Assembly: GCA_016866935.1 (NCBI GenBank)
Contig: VGKS01000002.1
Span: forward strand, 1-47,451
DNA length: 47,451 nt
Direction: 5' to 3'
Origin: Candidatus Pacearchaeota archaeon
GTDB lineage: Archaea > Nanobdellota > Nanobdellia > Pacearchaeales > GW2011-AR1
Part shown: positions 1-8,921 of the stretch, piece by piece
How the letters are laid out: every line of letters begins with the position of its first letter
Position numbering within the stretch: the first letter of the stretch is position 1
Notes under the pieces: model-generated
Databases searched by the model: none
Told to the model about the DNA's origin: nothing
The model's input: the letters and a program-made list of their open reading frames with translations, nothing else
Program-made: the position numbers and the translations under genes

Positions 1-179
1 AAAAACCGCTCCCTATCACAATAGATTCACTTACCTGAGAATTATATATTATAAAAGGAGTTATCTCATTTATTATAATCCCTGAATCTGGTTGTAGTAA
101 GACTCTTTTATCAATAAATAAAAAAGTAAGAATTGCGACAAAAAATAAAAATTGAAAGAATTAATATCAAACTCTTCAT
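1..179 (-). pseudogene. N-terminus of a membrane-anchored protein with an IPT/TIG-like start; frameshifted in a T6 run; runs off the window edge
   Basis: ATG at 179 gives MKSLILILSIFIF and stops soon after. Removing one T from the T6 run (140-145) gives VAILTFLFIDKRVLLQPDSGIIINEITPFIIYNSQVSESIVIGSGF, open to the edge. The I-x-x-I-x-P...I-x-GSGF pattern resembles IPT/TIG domains. Confidence 0.45.
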
Positions 180-225
180 ATAGATATAAGAATTTTAGTC
201 TATAAATAGCTTATTTTAAGCAATT

Positions 226-1356
226 TCAATCAAATCTGTTGTTGATATAGTCAATTAATGAGTTCCCATTAAGTTTTATTGTAGATGGCCCGTTCCTAAT
301 ATAAAACTCCTCTACACCATTATCTTTCAAGAAGACTCTTTTATTGCTAGAAATACATTCTATTTTCAAAATCTTTTTACTCTCTATTTCAAACAATTCA
401 TAATTAACAAAATGCATAAAATGAGGTCCAATAGCGTTCTTTATCATATTATTCAAATGCAGTTTCAATTTATCATCACTTACAAAAGCATCTTTATCTA
501 AACCTAAAATATCTCCATTATCATTTACTCCGACAATCAAAGTTCCCCCATCAGTGTTCAAATATGCAACAATAGTCTTTAGTATAGAGTTTTCAATATT
601 CTTATCAGTAGAATTAGTATGTAAATTAGTTCTCAAAGAAGATTTGAATTCCAATTTTACACCTTCCCCAGAAGAGATTAGAGATTTTATCTTTTCATCA
701 TCATATTTTTTCTCGGAGTTAAGCAACTTAGGATTTTTCCTCATTAAGCCAACTATTAACCCACTCATGGGATTTATCAGCCCTTTTTTCTTGTAAATAT
801 ATCCTAAAGAAGAAACAAACAAAGCAGATGCACCGGTTATTATCAAATCAATTGCAACAACTCCCGTTCCAATCTGTTGCAAACCAAATCCAAATATATT
901 ATCTAAAGAAAATTCTAGAACTTCCCAGATAGCTCCAAGGGTGAAAGATAGAGCAAAAGCCAAAGTTACAACCATAAACGGGCTTGAGTTAAGATGCTCG
1001 TGTTCTTCAAGAACTAAGACCACTGTCAAACCAATGAAACTAAGTGCAATTGTAGCTATTGTTTTTAGTAGAATATCCCACCACCACAAATTAGCAAAAG
1101 CACCTCTTACCTCTCCTAAGAATAATGCTCCATAAATTACTAAGATTATAGTTATCTGTACTTCGCTTCCAGTCTTTATTCCAAATTTGTTCAAGAGTCT
1201 TGGAGTGAATGTAGAGACAAAAGCGAATATGCAGAAAGCCATTGCCAAATCTCTTCCTCTAAAGAAGGCACTTATAAATCCCAATATTAAAACCAACCTA
1301 ACGGCATTAGTTACAATCAGCCCAACAGACATTCTAGAAAATATTCTTTTAAGCAT
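226..1356 (-). CDS. Multi-TM (DUF2238-like) membrane domain fused to a C-terminal AlbA_2/Schlafen-like domain
   Basis: Several hydrophobic helices with WWD...GAIWEVLEF...DLII. The C-terminus has EGVKLEFKSS, IVAYLNTDGGTLIVGVNDNG and FYIRNGPST, typical of AlbA_2. Confidence 0.8.
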   Translation of the reverse strand: MLKRIFSRMSVGLIVTNAVRLVLILGFISAFFRGRDLAMAFCIFAFVSTFTPRLLNKFGIKTGSEVQITIILVIYGALFLGEVRGAFANLWWWDILLKTIATIALSFIGLTVVLVLEEHEHLNSSPFMVVTLAFALSFTLGAIWEVLEFSLDNIFGFGLQQIGTGVVAIDLIITGASALFVSSLGYIYKKKGLINPMSGLIVGLMRKNPKLLNSEKKYDDEKIKSLISSGEGVKLEFKSSLRTNLHTNSTDKNIENSILKTIVAYLNTDGGTLIVGVNDNGDILGLDKDAFVSDDKLKLHLNNMIKNAIGPHFMHFVNYELFEIESKKILKIECISSNKRVFLKDNGVEEFYIRNGPSTIKLNGNSLIDYINNRFD

Positions 1357-1435
1357 AAAAATAAGAATCTCTCAATTATAAAAGAATTTTGATACTAAAC
1401 AATCTCTTTTTAAACTATAAAATAGTCTAATAAAT

Positions 1436-2386
1436 ATGAGAGTAAAGTTTGCATTTTCATCAAGAAAGACTAGAAAGATAGATAGTCATAATAAGCATAG
1501 GCAGGAGTATCCTTCTTTAGCAAGAGAAGTAATCTCATCTTCTGATATAATCCTTGAAGTATTAGATGCGAGATTCATAAAAGAAACAAGAAACTTCAAG
1601 ATGGAAGAATACGCAAGAGAGCATGGAAAATTATTAATTTACATTTTGAACAAAGCCGACCTAGTTGACCATAAAAAAATACAGGAATCAAACGAGTTGG
1701 AAGATATTCAGCCATATATTTTTGTTTCATGTAAAAGAAATCAAGGAAGAAGAGAACTAAGAACATTGATAAAAATTCAGGCAAACAGATTTAAACGTGC
1801 AAGAAAGAAAGAAGCAGAAGAACAAGCAAAAGAAAAGAAAGATGAAGAAGAAAACGAGTTAAAACATTTACAATTACATAAGCACGGAGTAGGATATAAA
1901 AAATTCTTCAAAACTGGTGACGAAGTGCATGTTGGAGTAATAGGTTATCCAAATGTAGGTAAGAGTTCAATAATTAATATGTTAACAGGAAAAGGAGCAG
2001 CAAGAACATCTCCAAAGGCAGGTTTTACAAGAGGAATTCAAAAAGTAAGACTAGCAGAAAAATTAATGCTTCTAGATACACCAGGAGTTATGTCGGATGA
2101 AGATGCAGCAGCTTCACAACTAGCACATTTAAAAAAACATGCAATGATAGGAGTAAGAACCTATGACTCTACAAAGAATCCTGAATTTGTTGTAGCTCAA
2201 ATTATGCATGACAATCCCAATCTATTTGAAAGCCATTATAATATACAGGCAAACGGAGACTCTGAAATATTATTGGAAGAGTTAGGTAAAAAAAGAAGCC
2301 TTCTGCTAAAAGGCGGAATAGTTGATATGGATAGAGTAGCGCGCCTTGTTCTCAAAGACTGGCAATCAGGAAAGATAAGAAAATAA
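1436..2386 (+). CDS. Circularly permuted ribosome-biogenesis GTPase, YlqF/RbgA family
   Basis: Motif order: VLDAR, G4 NKAD, G1 GYPNVGKSS, G2 GFTRG, G3 DTPG; C-terminal LKDWQSGK. Confidence 0.92.
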   Translation: MRVKFAFSSRKTRKIDSHNKHRQEYPSLAREVISSSDIILEVLDARFIKETRNFKMEEYAREHGKLLIYILNKADLVDHKKIQESNELEDIQPYIFVSCKRNQGRRELRTLIKIQANRFKRARKKEAEEQAKEKKDEEENELKHLQLHKHGVGYKKFFKTGDEVHVGVIGYPNVGKSSIINMLTGKGAARTSPKAGFTRGIQKVRLAEKLMLLDTPGVMSDEDAAASQLAHLKKHAMIGVRTYDSTKNPEFVVAQIMHDNPNLFESHYNIQANGDSEILLEELGKKRSLLLKGGIVDMDRVARLVLKDWQSGKIRK

Positions 2387-2388
2387 TT

Positions 2389-2646
2389 TTACTTTTCCGT
2401 GTGGAAATCAATATAACCCCTTACATCACAAAGTAAATTAGCAATATTTTCTTGAGAAGTTATGTCATAAGGAACATTCTTTTCAAAAAGTAAAATCTCC
2501 TTTTCCAGATGACTAATTAAATCTTTTTTAGAAGTTGTTACATCACTATTATCTACAACTCCTGCAGGTAAGCTTCCTCCAATCCACTCAACTTCCTCTC
2601 TCGTTAAATTGTAAGCATATTGAAGTCCAAAAATCTTTGAAAACAA
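2389..2646 (-). CDS. Hypothetical protein
   Basis: 85-aa ORF ending 2 nt from the GTPase stop; TTG start; no recognisable motif. Confidence 0.4.
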   Translation of the reverse strand: MFSKIFGLQYAYNLTREEVEWIGGSLPAGVVDNSDVTTSKKDLISHLEKEILLFEKNVPYDITSQENIANLLCDVRGYIDFHTEK

Positions 2647-2828
2647 CCATCAAAAAGTTAGCCAATGGAGAAATAAGTGGAAAACCTCTTACAGAACAAC
2701 TTAGCGGTTTTTATAGTGTAAGAGATGGAAATTACAGAATTATTTACAGAAGTTTTGATGATAAAATTATTCTCTTCGATATGGGCCATAGAAGTAAGGT
2801 TTACAGGGATTTTAATAAAAACCAATGA
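2637..2828 (+). pseudogene. RelE/ParE-family toxin, apparently lacking its N-terminus
   Basis: GKPLTEQLSGFYSVRDGNYRIIYRSFDDKIILFDMGHRSKVY is a clear RelE C-terminal signature. The upstream part of the ORF overlaps the opposite-strand ORF and is not RelE-like. Confidence 0.65.
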
Positions 2829-2892
2829 TGCGCGGGCTAAAAGTTTAACTCACCATCATATTTAAATCCATTAACTCTTTAATATCTAAAAG

Positions 2893-3240
2893 ATGGCTAA
2901 TCCAGATTTAATCAAGTTTATTCTTGAAGCAAGAAAAAGAGGATTTACAGATATAAAAATTACAGAATCTCCCTTAAGTAATGGATGGTCAATGCATGAA
3001 ATACACTCCGGCTATGAAGCGTTAAGACAACATCATTTCAAGAAAGGAATAACAATCTGGCTCGACAAAGAAATAATAGATTTGTTAGAAAAAAGAGCAA
3101 AAAGAAATTTGATGACGCTTCCAGAGCAGATAGAGGAGATAGTAAGAAGAAGTATTGCTAGCCAAAGGCCAACCCAACAAAAAGAAAAGTTAGATGATAT
3201 GCTTGTCGGCTTATTTTCAAGAAAATACAGAAAGAACTAA
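2893..3240 (+). CDS. Hypothetical protein with a C-terminal ribbon-helix-helix-like segment
   Basis: ITIWLDKEIIDLLEKRAKRNLMTLPEQIEEIVRR fits the RHH pattern; TTTAAAT about 30 nt upstream. Confidence 0.7.
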   Translation: MANPDLIKFILEARKRGFTDIKITESPLSNGWSMHEIHSGYEALRQHHFKKGITIWLDKEIIDLLEKRAKRNLMTLPEQIEEIVRRSIASQRPTQQKEKLDDMLVGLFSRKYRKN

Positions 3241-3275
3241 ATCCACCATAAATTAATCTCTCTTATTTATAAAAA

Positions 3276-3473
3276 CTATTTCTTTTTATGATGGTATACG
3301 TGAACTATCTTTCTTTTTCCTGGAATTATTATTCCTACAATAAGTAAAAATAAACTAAGCAAAATTAAAGGAATTCCCAAGATTGCTCCTACTATGGTCG
3401 TGGTCAAAATATAACCTATTAAGAAACAGACTAGAGCACCAATTATCCAAGATGTTCTCATAATAAACTCCAA
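3276..3473 (-). CDS. Small two-TM membrane protein
   Basis: Two hydrophobic helices and a basic tail; overlaps the end of the CcdA-like gene. Confidence 0.7.
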   Translation of the reverse strand: MEFIMRTSWIIGALVCFLIGYILTTTIVGAILGIPLILLSLFLLIVGIIIPGKRKIVHVYHHKKK

Positions 3474-4231
3474 GTCAATCCGTAATTAGCGCTTGATATT
3501 CCAAAGGTTATTGTTCCATTTGCCCACAATATCAGAGCTATTCCCAACGCTATCATTATCAATCCAATGAATAATCTCATCCATTTCTTCTGTTTGTCTT
3601 TCCATGCTTTAACAGATTCAGCAGAAACTCCAAATGCTACAATACAAAGTATTATTATCAAAGGCAATACAAATATGAAATTGTAAAGCACAAGTAACCC
3701 GAATACTTCCATGCTAAATCCAACTTTTGTGAGTAGCGTTGTAATAGCTAAATAAGGTCCTCCTGTACAAGGTAATTCAACAGCGGCTACGAATATTCCC
3801 AATAATATTGCTCCTGGAACGGATACCTTCCTCACCATTTTCTTTATCTGTTCAGCTCTTCTAGCAGGAATAGCTAAAGTAATTCCTTTACCATACCAGA
3901 AAAAGTCTTTTGCTTCAATTATTCCTAATATAATTACTAAAACTCCAACAACCCAGCTCAAAGGCTCTGAAATATTAAACTTCTGTATGAATACAAGTAG
4001 ACCAAACCCCGCAATTAAATATGTAAGAAATACAGCAGAAATGTAAATCAATCCAACCTTAACCATCTTAGCCTTATTTTTGCTTAATGCAAGGAGGGTA
4101 GAAATAAGTAAAACTAAAACTCCAATGGCGCAAGGATTGATTGAATCAATTGCAGCAGTTAATATAACTATAGGTAAAGCAGGTAAATTAACAGCCATTT
4201 CAGTAACCATGTGTTTAATTTCTTCCTCCAT
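3458..4231 (-). CDS. CcdA/DsbD-like transmembrane thiol-disulfide electron transporter
   Basis: DSINPCAI and VELPCTGGPY paired Pro-Cys motifs in a 6-TM protein. Confidence 0.85.
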   Translation of the reverse strand: MEEEIKHMVTEMAVNLPALPIVILTAAIDSINPCAIGVLVLLISTLLALSKNKAKMVKVGLIYISAVFLTYLIAGFGLLVFIQKFNISEPLSWVVGVLVIILGIIEAKDFFWYGKGITLAIPARRAEQIKKMVRKVSVPGAILLGIFVAAVELPCTGGPYLAITTLLTKVGFSMEVFGLLVLYNFIFVLPLIIILCIVAFGVSAESVKAWKDKQKKWMRLFIGLIMIALGIALILWANGTITFGISSANYGLTWSLL

Positions 4232-4271
4232 TAGAGAAATTTAACAATTGAAAATTAAAGATTTTCATATT

Positions 4272-4691
4272 TTACTTAGCAACTGGAGCAATACATCCAG
4301 AAGCAACAGCAAGCTCTTCAAACGTTGGTTCTCCAATCAAGCGAGTATTAGGATTGTTATTAAATTCAAATGTAGCATATGTTTCTATTCCTTTTTCAAT
4401 GCAAAGTAAGGATTGTTCATTCTCTTTGCGAGGGTCACACTCAACATATTCAATGTATCTAAATCCTTCTCCAAAATTCTTCTTTACCTTAGCACAATGA
4501 GCACACCAGAATGCTCCATACATCACTCCGCCTTTTTCAGTAATACATTGCGCAAAAGTATCAATATCTTCTTGTGCATAAGAAACTCCAGACGAACCAA
4601 TAATAAATAATATAACAATTATAGCAACAACCAATAAAACTCCAATTATCATCATCCCTTTTCCTTTTTTTTGACTTACTTTTTTAACCAT
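4272..4691 (-). CDS. Membrane-anchored thioredoxin-fold protein (CAHC)
   Basis: N-terminal TM, then MYGAFWCAHC...YVEC...C..KGIETYATF, the type found with VKOR. Confidence 0.85.
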   Translation of the reverse strand: MVKKVSQKKGKGMMIIGVLLVVAIIVILFIIGSSGVSYAQEDIDTFAQCITEKGGVMYGAFWCAHCAKVKKNFGEGFRYIEYVECDPRKENEQSLLCIEKGIETYATFEFNNNPNTRLIGEPTFEELAVASGCIAPVAK

Positions 4692-5199
4692 TTTTAATTT
4701 TAAAAGACAATATCAAAGATATTATTATTGTTAAGTCCAGAGCTAGGCAAAATATGCAATATGTTTTGAGTATGTAATGCTGTATTAGAAAGAGGTAAAA
4801 TCCATACACTATTGAAAACACCATTATTCCTTTTATCCATTTTGCATTTGCCTCTCTTTTAACAAATAGAAACTTGCTCTTTTTATAGTTTAAGTTTAAC
4901 ATCAGAACGAAAAATAAAGTAAGCAATCCAAGAAAAGCATTAGTTGTTATAAAATCAAAGAAAACATTTATCCCTGAAATATCAATCAAAGGCAAAGGCA
5001 AATTAAAATCAATAGTCAATAAGTATGAAATTCCATCCAAATTTGCATAGGGGCTTTTATTGACAATTCCACAATCCAAATTATTTCCAAAGCTACAGAA
5101 CTTTGAAGCAGTAGCTGAAAAGTGCTCATAAATTAGAAAAGCAGAAATCAGAATTCCAATTATCAGAAATACACTCAATAATTTTCTTTGCTTATACAT
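4684..5199 (-). CDS. Vitamin K epoxide reductase (VKOR) family protein
   Basis: Loop cysteines CSFGNNLDCGIVNKSPY and C-terminal TM CxxC (YCIFC). Confidence 0.88.
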   Translation of the reverse strand: MYKQRKLLSVFLIIGILISAFLIYEHFSATASKFCSFGNNLDCGIVNKSPYANLDGISYLLTIDFNLPLPLIDISGINVFFDFITTNAFLGLLTLFFVLMLNLNYKKSKFLFVKREANAKWIKGIMVFSIVYGFYLFLIQHYILKTYCIFCLALDLTIIISLILSFKIKNG

Positions 5200-5641
5200 T
5201 ATGTTTTTTCTCCCTATCGCGAACGTGGCTTCCTACAATCATTCCGGCACCAATAAGGATAAGGTTCTTGATTATATACTGGCCTTCAAGAGTCATAACA
5301 AAGGGGAACTTTATATAAATTACCTTTGGAAGTAAAATCAAAGGCAAGAAAGTTCCTATCATCTGAAATGCCATTAAAAACAAACCAACTCTAACAAAAG
5401 GTCTATACAATATACAAATTCCTATAGCAACTTCCCACCATCCCAACAAAGGAACAAACCATGAAGAATCAACAAAATAAACAGTTTTAGCTACAAGGTC
5501 ATTAGCACCACCTAATCCAAAAGGTTTCAAAATTCCAAACCAAATAAATACAAGAGCAAGGGAATACTTCAAAAAATAATATCCCCAATGTTTTAACCAA
5601 GCGGTTATCTCTTTATCAATATGATATAGTTTTTTATTCAT
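5192..5641 (-). CDS. DoxX/YkgB-like membrane protein
   Basis: LALVFIWFGILK...LGWWEVAIG...TLEGQYIIKNLILI. Confidence 0.8.
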   Translation of the reverse strand: MNKKLYHIDKEITAWLKHWGYYFLKYSLALVFIWFGILKPFGLGGANDLVAKTVYFVDSSWFVPLLGWWEVAIGICILYRPFVRVGLFLMAFQMIGTFLPLILLPKVIYIKFPFVMTLEGQYIIKNLILIGAGMIVGSHVRDREKKHNV

Positions 5642-5724
5642 CTTACCTCAAGACATTATACAAGTAATTGTTTAAAAATCTAATTAATGTAAAAATTTAT
5701 TAAATAAGATTATCAAAAAAGATA

Positions 5725-6239
5725 GTGAATAATCTAATAATCACTGAAAATATTAAATTCAAAGATTATAGCGTTAAAGTAATGTTTTCGATGATGCAGA
5801 CTATTCAAAGTTAAATAATATTACTCAAGTCTATGGATTTATTTTTAATGAAAATAATGATTTACTTATAGTAAAATGCGGAGAGGACAAAGAGTGGTGT
5901 TTGCCCGGAGGTGGACCAGAATCAGAAGATAATGATTGGAAAGAGACATTAATTAGAGAAGTTAATGAAGAAGCCAGCGTAGAAATTAAAGATGTTACTC
6001 CTTCTGGATATATAGAGACAATATCTCTCAATAACCTTTCTCATCCAAGAATTGGAGTAGGAATAAGAGCAGTTGCAAGACTCAAGAAAATAAATAGTCA
6101 AAAAATTGATCCCACAACAGGTACAATCTCTAAAAGAAAATTCATTAAAACAAGTGAATTTTTAGATTATTGTAGATGGTCTAAAAACGGCGAAGCCCAG
6201 TTTAAAATAGCACTAAAAACTCTAAGAACTTTAAAATAA
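5725..6239 (+). pseudogene. NUDIX hydrolase with a 1-nt frameshift near 5785-5788
   Basis: Nudix box LPGGGPESEDNDWKETLIREVNEEASV. Its frame is open back to 5778 (FDDADYSKLNNITQVYGFIFNENNDLLIVK) with no start codon. A GTG-started N-terminus at 5725 lies in another frame and joins if one base is added. Confidence 0.75.
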
Positions 6240-6241
6240 AA

Positions 6242-6325
6242 CGCCCAGACCCGGATTTGAACCGGGGAATCCTTTTGGGAAACGGGATTAGCAATCCCGC
6301 GCCGTAACCGCTGGGCCATCTGGGC
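6242..6325 (-). tRNA. tRNA-Ser(GCT)
   Basis: Acceptor GCCCAGA/TCTGGGC+G; anticodon arm CGGGA-TTGCTAA-TCCCG; long variable arm; T arm CCCGG-TTCAAAT-CCGGG; no intron; CCA not encoded. Confidence 0.96.
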
Positions 6326-6453
6326 TTTTATAAAAATATGTAATAATAATGACTTTTAAGGTTATCCTTTTCCGAAATGCATACCCTTAAATACCCAAAA
6401 TTATCAAAGTATTTAGGCGAGAGCCAGAACAAGTGAACGGAGGATATAGCGAA

Positions 6454-6702
6454 ATGGAAAGACAATTCGGCGGAGAAAGAAGATCATTCGGAGGACCACG
6501 CAGATTTGGCGGTGGACAAAGAAGATTCAATTCTGGACCAAGAGAAATGCACAAAGCAGTTTGCTCAGAATGCAAACAAGAATGCGAAGTGCCTTTCAAA
6601 CCAACTGAAGGAAGACCAGTTCTTTGCTTAAACTGCTTCAAAAAGAAGCGTGAAAGCGAAGGCGGCGGATTCCACAGAAATAACAGAGATTCAGATCATT
6701 AA
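6454..6702 (+). CDS. CxxC-x17-CxxC zinc-finger protein with an Arg/Gly/Phe-rich N-terminus
   Basis: REMHKAVCSECKQECEVPFKPTEGRPVLCLNCF; repeated FGG units; start may be 6433 or 6454. Confidence 0.9.
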   Translation: MERQFGGERRSFGGPRRFGGGQRRFNSGPREMHKAVCSECKQECEVPFKPTEGRPVLCLNCFKKKRESEGGGFHRNNRDSDH

Positions 6703-6716
6703 GATTTAAATCAAAG

Positions 6717-7322
6717 TCAAAAATTATTTTTATTTTTATACAATTTATGGGCAAGGAAAGCCCCCACAAGTGCTCCAAACATGTTGAATATCAAATCAAG
6801 CCCTGTGTTATATAAATCTCCAACTCCAGTTTTATTAAGAGAAACAAATGCGATAAACTCAATTATCTCATTCAAAGCACCAAGGCCCATGCTTCCGAGC
6901 CATGAAATAAAGATTATCAGTTTTGGATTTTTTAATCCACTTGCATTTATTGATTTCAAAAGTTGATATATTAAGAAAGAACATACAAAGAATCCATAGA
7001 AATGGACAACTTGGTCCATCTTCAAAATGTAAAACTGTCCTTCCCCTTCAAATATTTTAATCAGCTTCAGAGAATAAAGAGTTGTTCCATCAATTCTGAA
7101 TCCTCCTGCGACCATATGTAGAATCCCCCAAATAGAGAGCATCCACAAAATTCCATTACTCAATCTGGACTGTTTTAAATTAAGTCCAATTATTGTTCCA
7201 ATAATTACTATTACAAAAATATACCATACAAATTCATAATTATTTATTGAAACATAATAAATAAAAAATCCAAGCAAGTAAATTGCGTTAAAAATCAATA
7301 TCCATAAATGTGACTTTTTCAT
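6717..7322 (-). CDS. DUF2238/YjdF-like inner membrane protein
   Basis: LHMVAGG...DQVVHFYGF...LGALNEIIEF...DLIFNMFGA. Confidence 0.8.
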   Translation of the reverse strand: MKKSHLWILIFNAIYLLGFFIYYVSINNYEFVWYIFVIVIIGTIIGLNLKQSRLSNGILWMLSIWGILHMVAGGFRIDGTTLYSLKLIKIFEGEGQFYILKMDQVVHFYGFFVCSFLIYQLLKSINASGLKNPKLIIFISWLGSMGLGALNEIIEFIAFVSLNKTGVGDLYNTGLDLIFNMFGALVGAFLAHKLYKNKNNF

Positions 7323-7389
7323 GTCAAAATTCCTTTATAATATTTAGAATTTTGATCAGGAAAAAAACAAGATATTAAAATTGTTTTTT

Positions 7390-7620
7390 TCATTTTTTTC
7401 CAGACACTTTTTCAGCCCTTTCAATCATTTCTTTCTTTAATCCAATAAAAACTCCTCCATCCTTGGAGCCAATGTATGTATTTTCTCCCGGCTTTATTAT
7501 CTCATTTAACTCATCTAATTCAATATCAATGTGAGTCACAGTAGCTCTAGATTTTCCTTTAAGATGAACATAAACATCAGCTTTGCCCAAATGTATCTTT
7601 CCTTCACTAGGTCCACTCAT
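7390..7620 (-). CDS. Hypothetical protein
   Basis: 76-aa ATG ORF with coding-like composition; TTTTAAAA about 25 nt upstream. Confidence 0.75.
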   Translation of the reverse strand: MSGPSEGKIHLGKADVYVHLKGKSRATVTHIDIELDELNEIIKPGENTYIGSKDGGVFIGLKKEMIERAEKVSGKK

Positions 7621-7673
7621 AAATTATTAAGAAAGCCAAACTTTTAAAAGCCTTCCACAGCCAATAATATTAT

Positions 7674-7749
7674 AGCGGGGTGGAGCAGCCTGGAGTGCTC
7701 ACCGGGCCCATAACCCGGAGGTCGCGTGGTTCAAATCCCGCCCCCGCTA
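7674..7749 (+). tRNA. Initiator tRNA-Met(CAT)
   Basis: A1:T72 pair (AGCGGGG/CCCCGCT); anticodon stem CCGGG/CCCGG with three G-C pairs; loop CCCATAA; TTCAAAT T-loop. Confidence 0.95.
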
Positions 7750-7814
7750 TTATTTGTTAATTTTTAGAGAGGGATTTTTCAAATACTTTATATTCTCAAG
7801 AATTATAGAAATTT

Positions 7815-8714
7815 ATGAGTTTCATAAAAAAGGCAGGTGTTTTTGTCCTTGCAGCAATTTCTATATCTCTAATTTTAGTTTTATCCTTCAGTTTCACATT
7901 AAACTCTTTTCTTTATTCTCAAATTTATTTCCAAGCTTTAGAAGAATCAGGAGTTTACGAATCTCTTCAAAATGGAATTGGCTCGGAAGAATTATTCTTT
8001 ATTTATATGCCAAATGGACCAAAGGCATTATTTGAAGACCTATTTTCTAAACTAATGTCTTATCTTAGGTTAGAAACAGATATTCTTGAATTAAAAGTTC
8101 AAATAAACGAAGAAAAACTAAGGAATTTCTTTTTAGATTATATAGGTACACTTCAACAATGTAGTGGTAATCAAGATCCATTTGGAGAAGAACCTTGCCT
8201 GCCAGAAGGAATTGATGTAGAAACATATCTTGACCTATACATAGAAAGTAAAAATCTAAATTTCTTTGATGAAACAGAAGTAGACTTAGTAAATATATAT
8301 GGTATAGAAGAAGGTTCAGAAGGAAGACTAGCAATTGATAGTTTGAGAGAAAAAATAAGTTATTTCAAAACAGCCCACATAATTTCATTCATTATCTTGA
8401 TATTTATATTATCTTTAATTTTCTTGTTACAAAAAAATACAAGAAAGTTCCTAAGAACTATAGGAGTAATTACTATAGTTCCTGCATTTGCACTATACAT
8501 CGCAATTTACTATCTAAGCATTTTAAGGTCAGAGAATATTTTACCATTAAATGACCTGCTTACTCTGTCAATTTACAACGCGGTAAAAGAAGTTCTTTCA
8601 AACAAACTAATGGTTTGCATGATTATTTTGCTAGTTGTAGGAATAAGTTCAATGGTTCTTTCATTTGTAGTAAAACAAAAACAAATCCCCAAGAAAGTTG
8701 TGACTTCAAAATAG
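7815..8714 (+). CDS. Membrane protein with an extracellular acidic domain
   Basis: N-terminal TM, soluble domain containing C-x10-C, then three C-terminal TMs. Confidence 0.8.
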   Translation: MSFIKKAGVFVLAAISISLILVLSFSFTLNSFLYSQIYFQALEESGVYESLQNGIGSEELFFIYMPNGPKALFEDLFSKLMSYLRLETDILELKVQINEEKLRNFFLDYIGTLQQCSGNQDPFGEEPCLPEGIDVETYLDLYIESKNLNFFDETEVDLVNIYGIEEGSEGRLAIDSLREKISYFKTAHIISFIILIFILSLIFLLQKNTRKFLRTIGVITIVPAFALYIAIYYLSILRSENILPLNDLLTLSIYNAVKEVLSNKLMVCMIILLVVGISSMVLSFVVKQKQIPKKVVTSK

Positions 8715-8748
8715 AAACTTTTATATATCTTAAAATTTTCAAATAATT

Positions 8749-8871
8749 ATGTGTATGGCATGTCCTTCAGAGAGAGTATCGCAATATGCTCGTACTAGTG
8801 AAAACAGTCCTGAAATGATGATAGTCCCAAGAAAATATATGAATCAGCAAGGATACAGACAAACAGCTTAA
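8749..8871 (+). CDS. Putative 40-aa small protein
   Basis: MCMACPSERVSQYARTSENSPEMMIVPRKYMNQQGYRQTA; TTTTATATAT box about 25 nt upstream; fills the intergenic gap. Confidence 0.5.
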   Translation: MCMACPSERVSQYARTSENSPEMMIVPRKYMNQQGYRQTA

Positions 8872-8921
8872 TTTACAAGAATTTCAATAATCTTTAAATA
8901 AGAAATTAATCTCCTTAATTT

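Noticed and set aside
7768-7785. GGGATTT downstream of tRNA-iMet as a second anti-T-arm trailer
   Set aside because: Only a 7-nt match, which is expected by chance.
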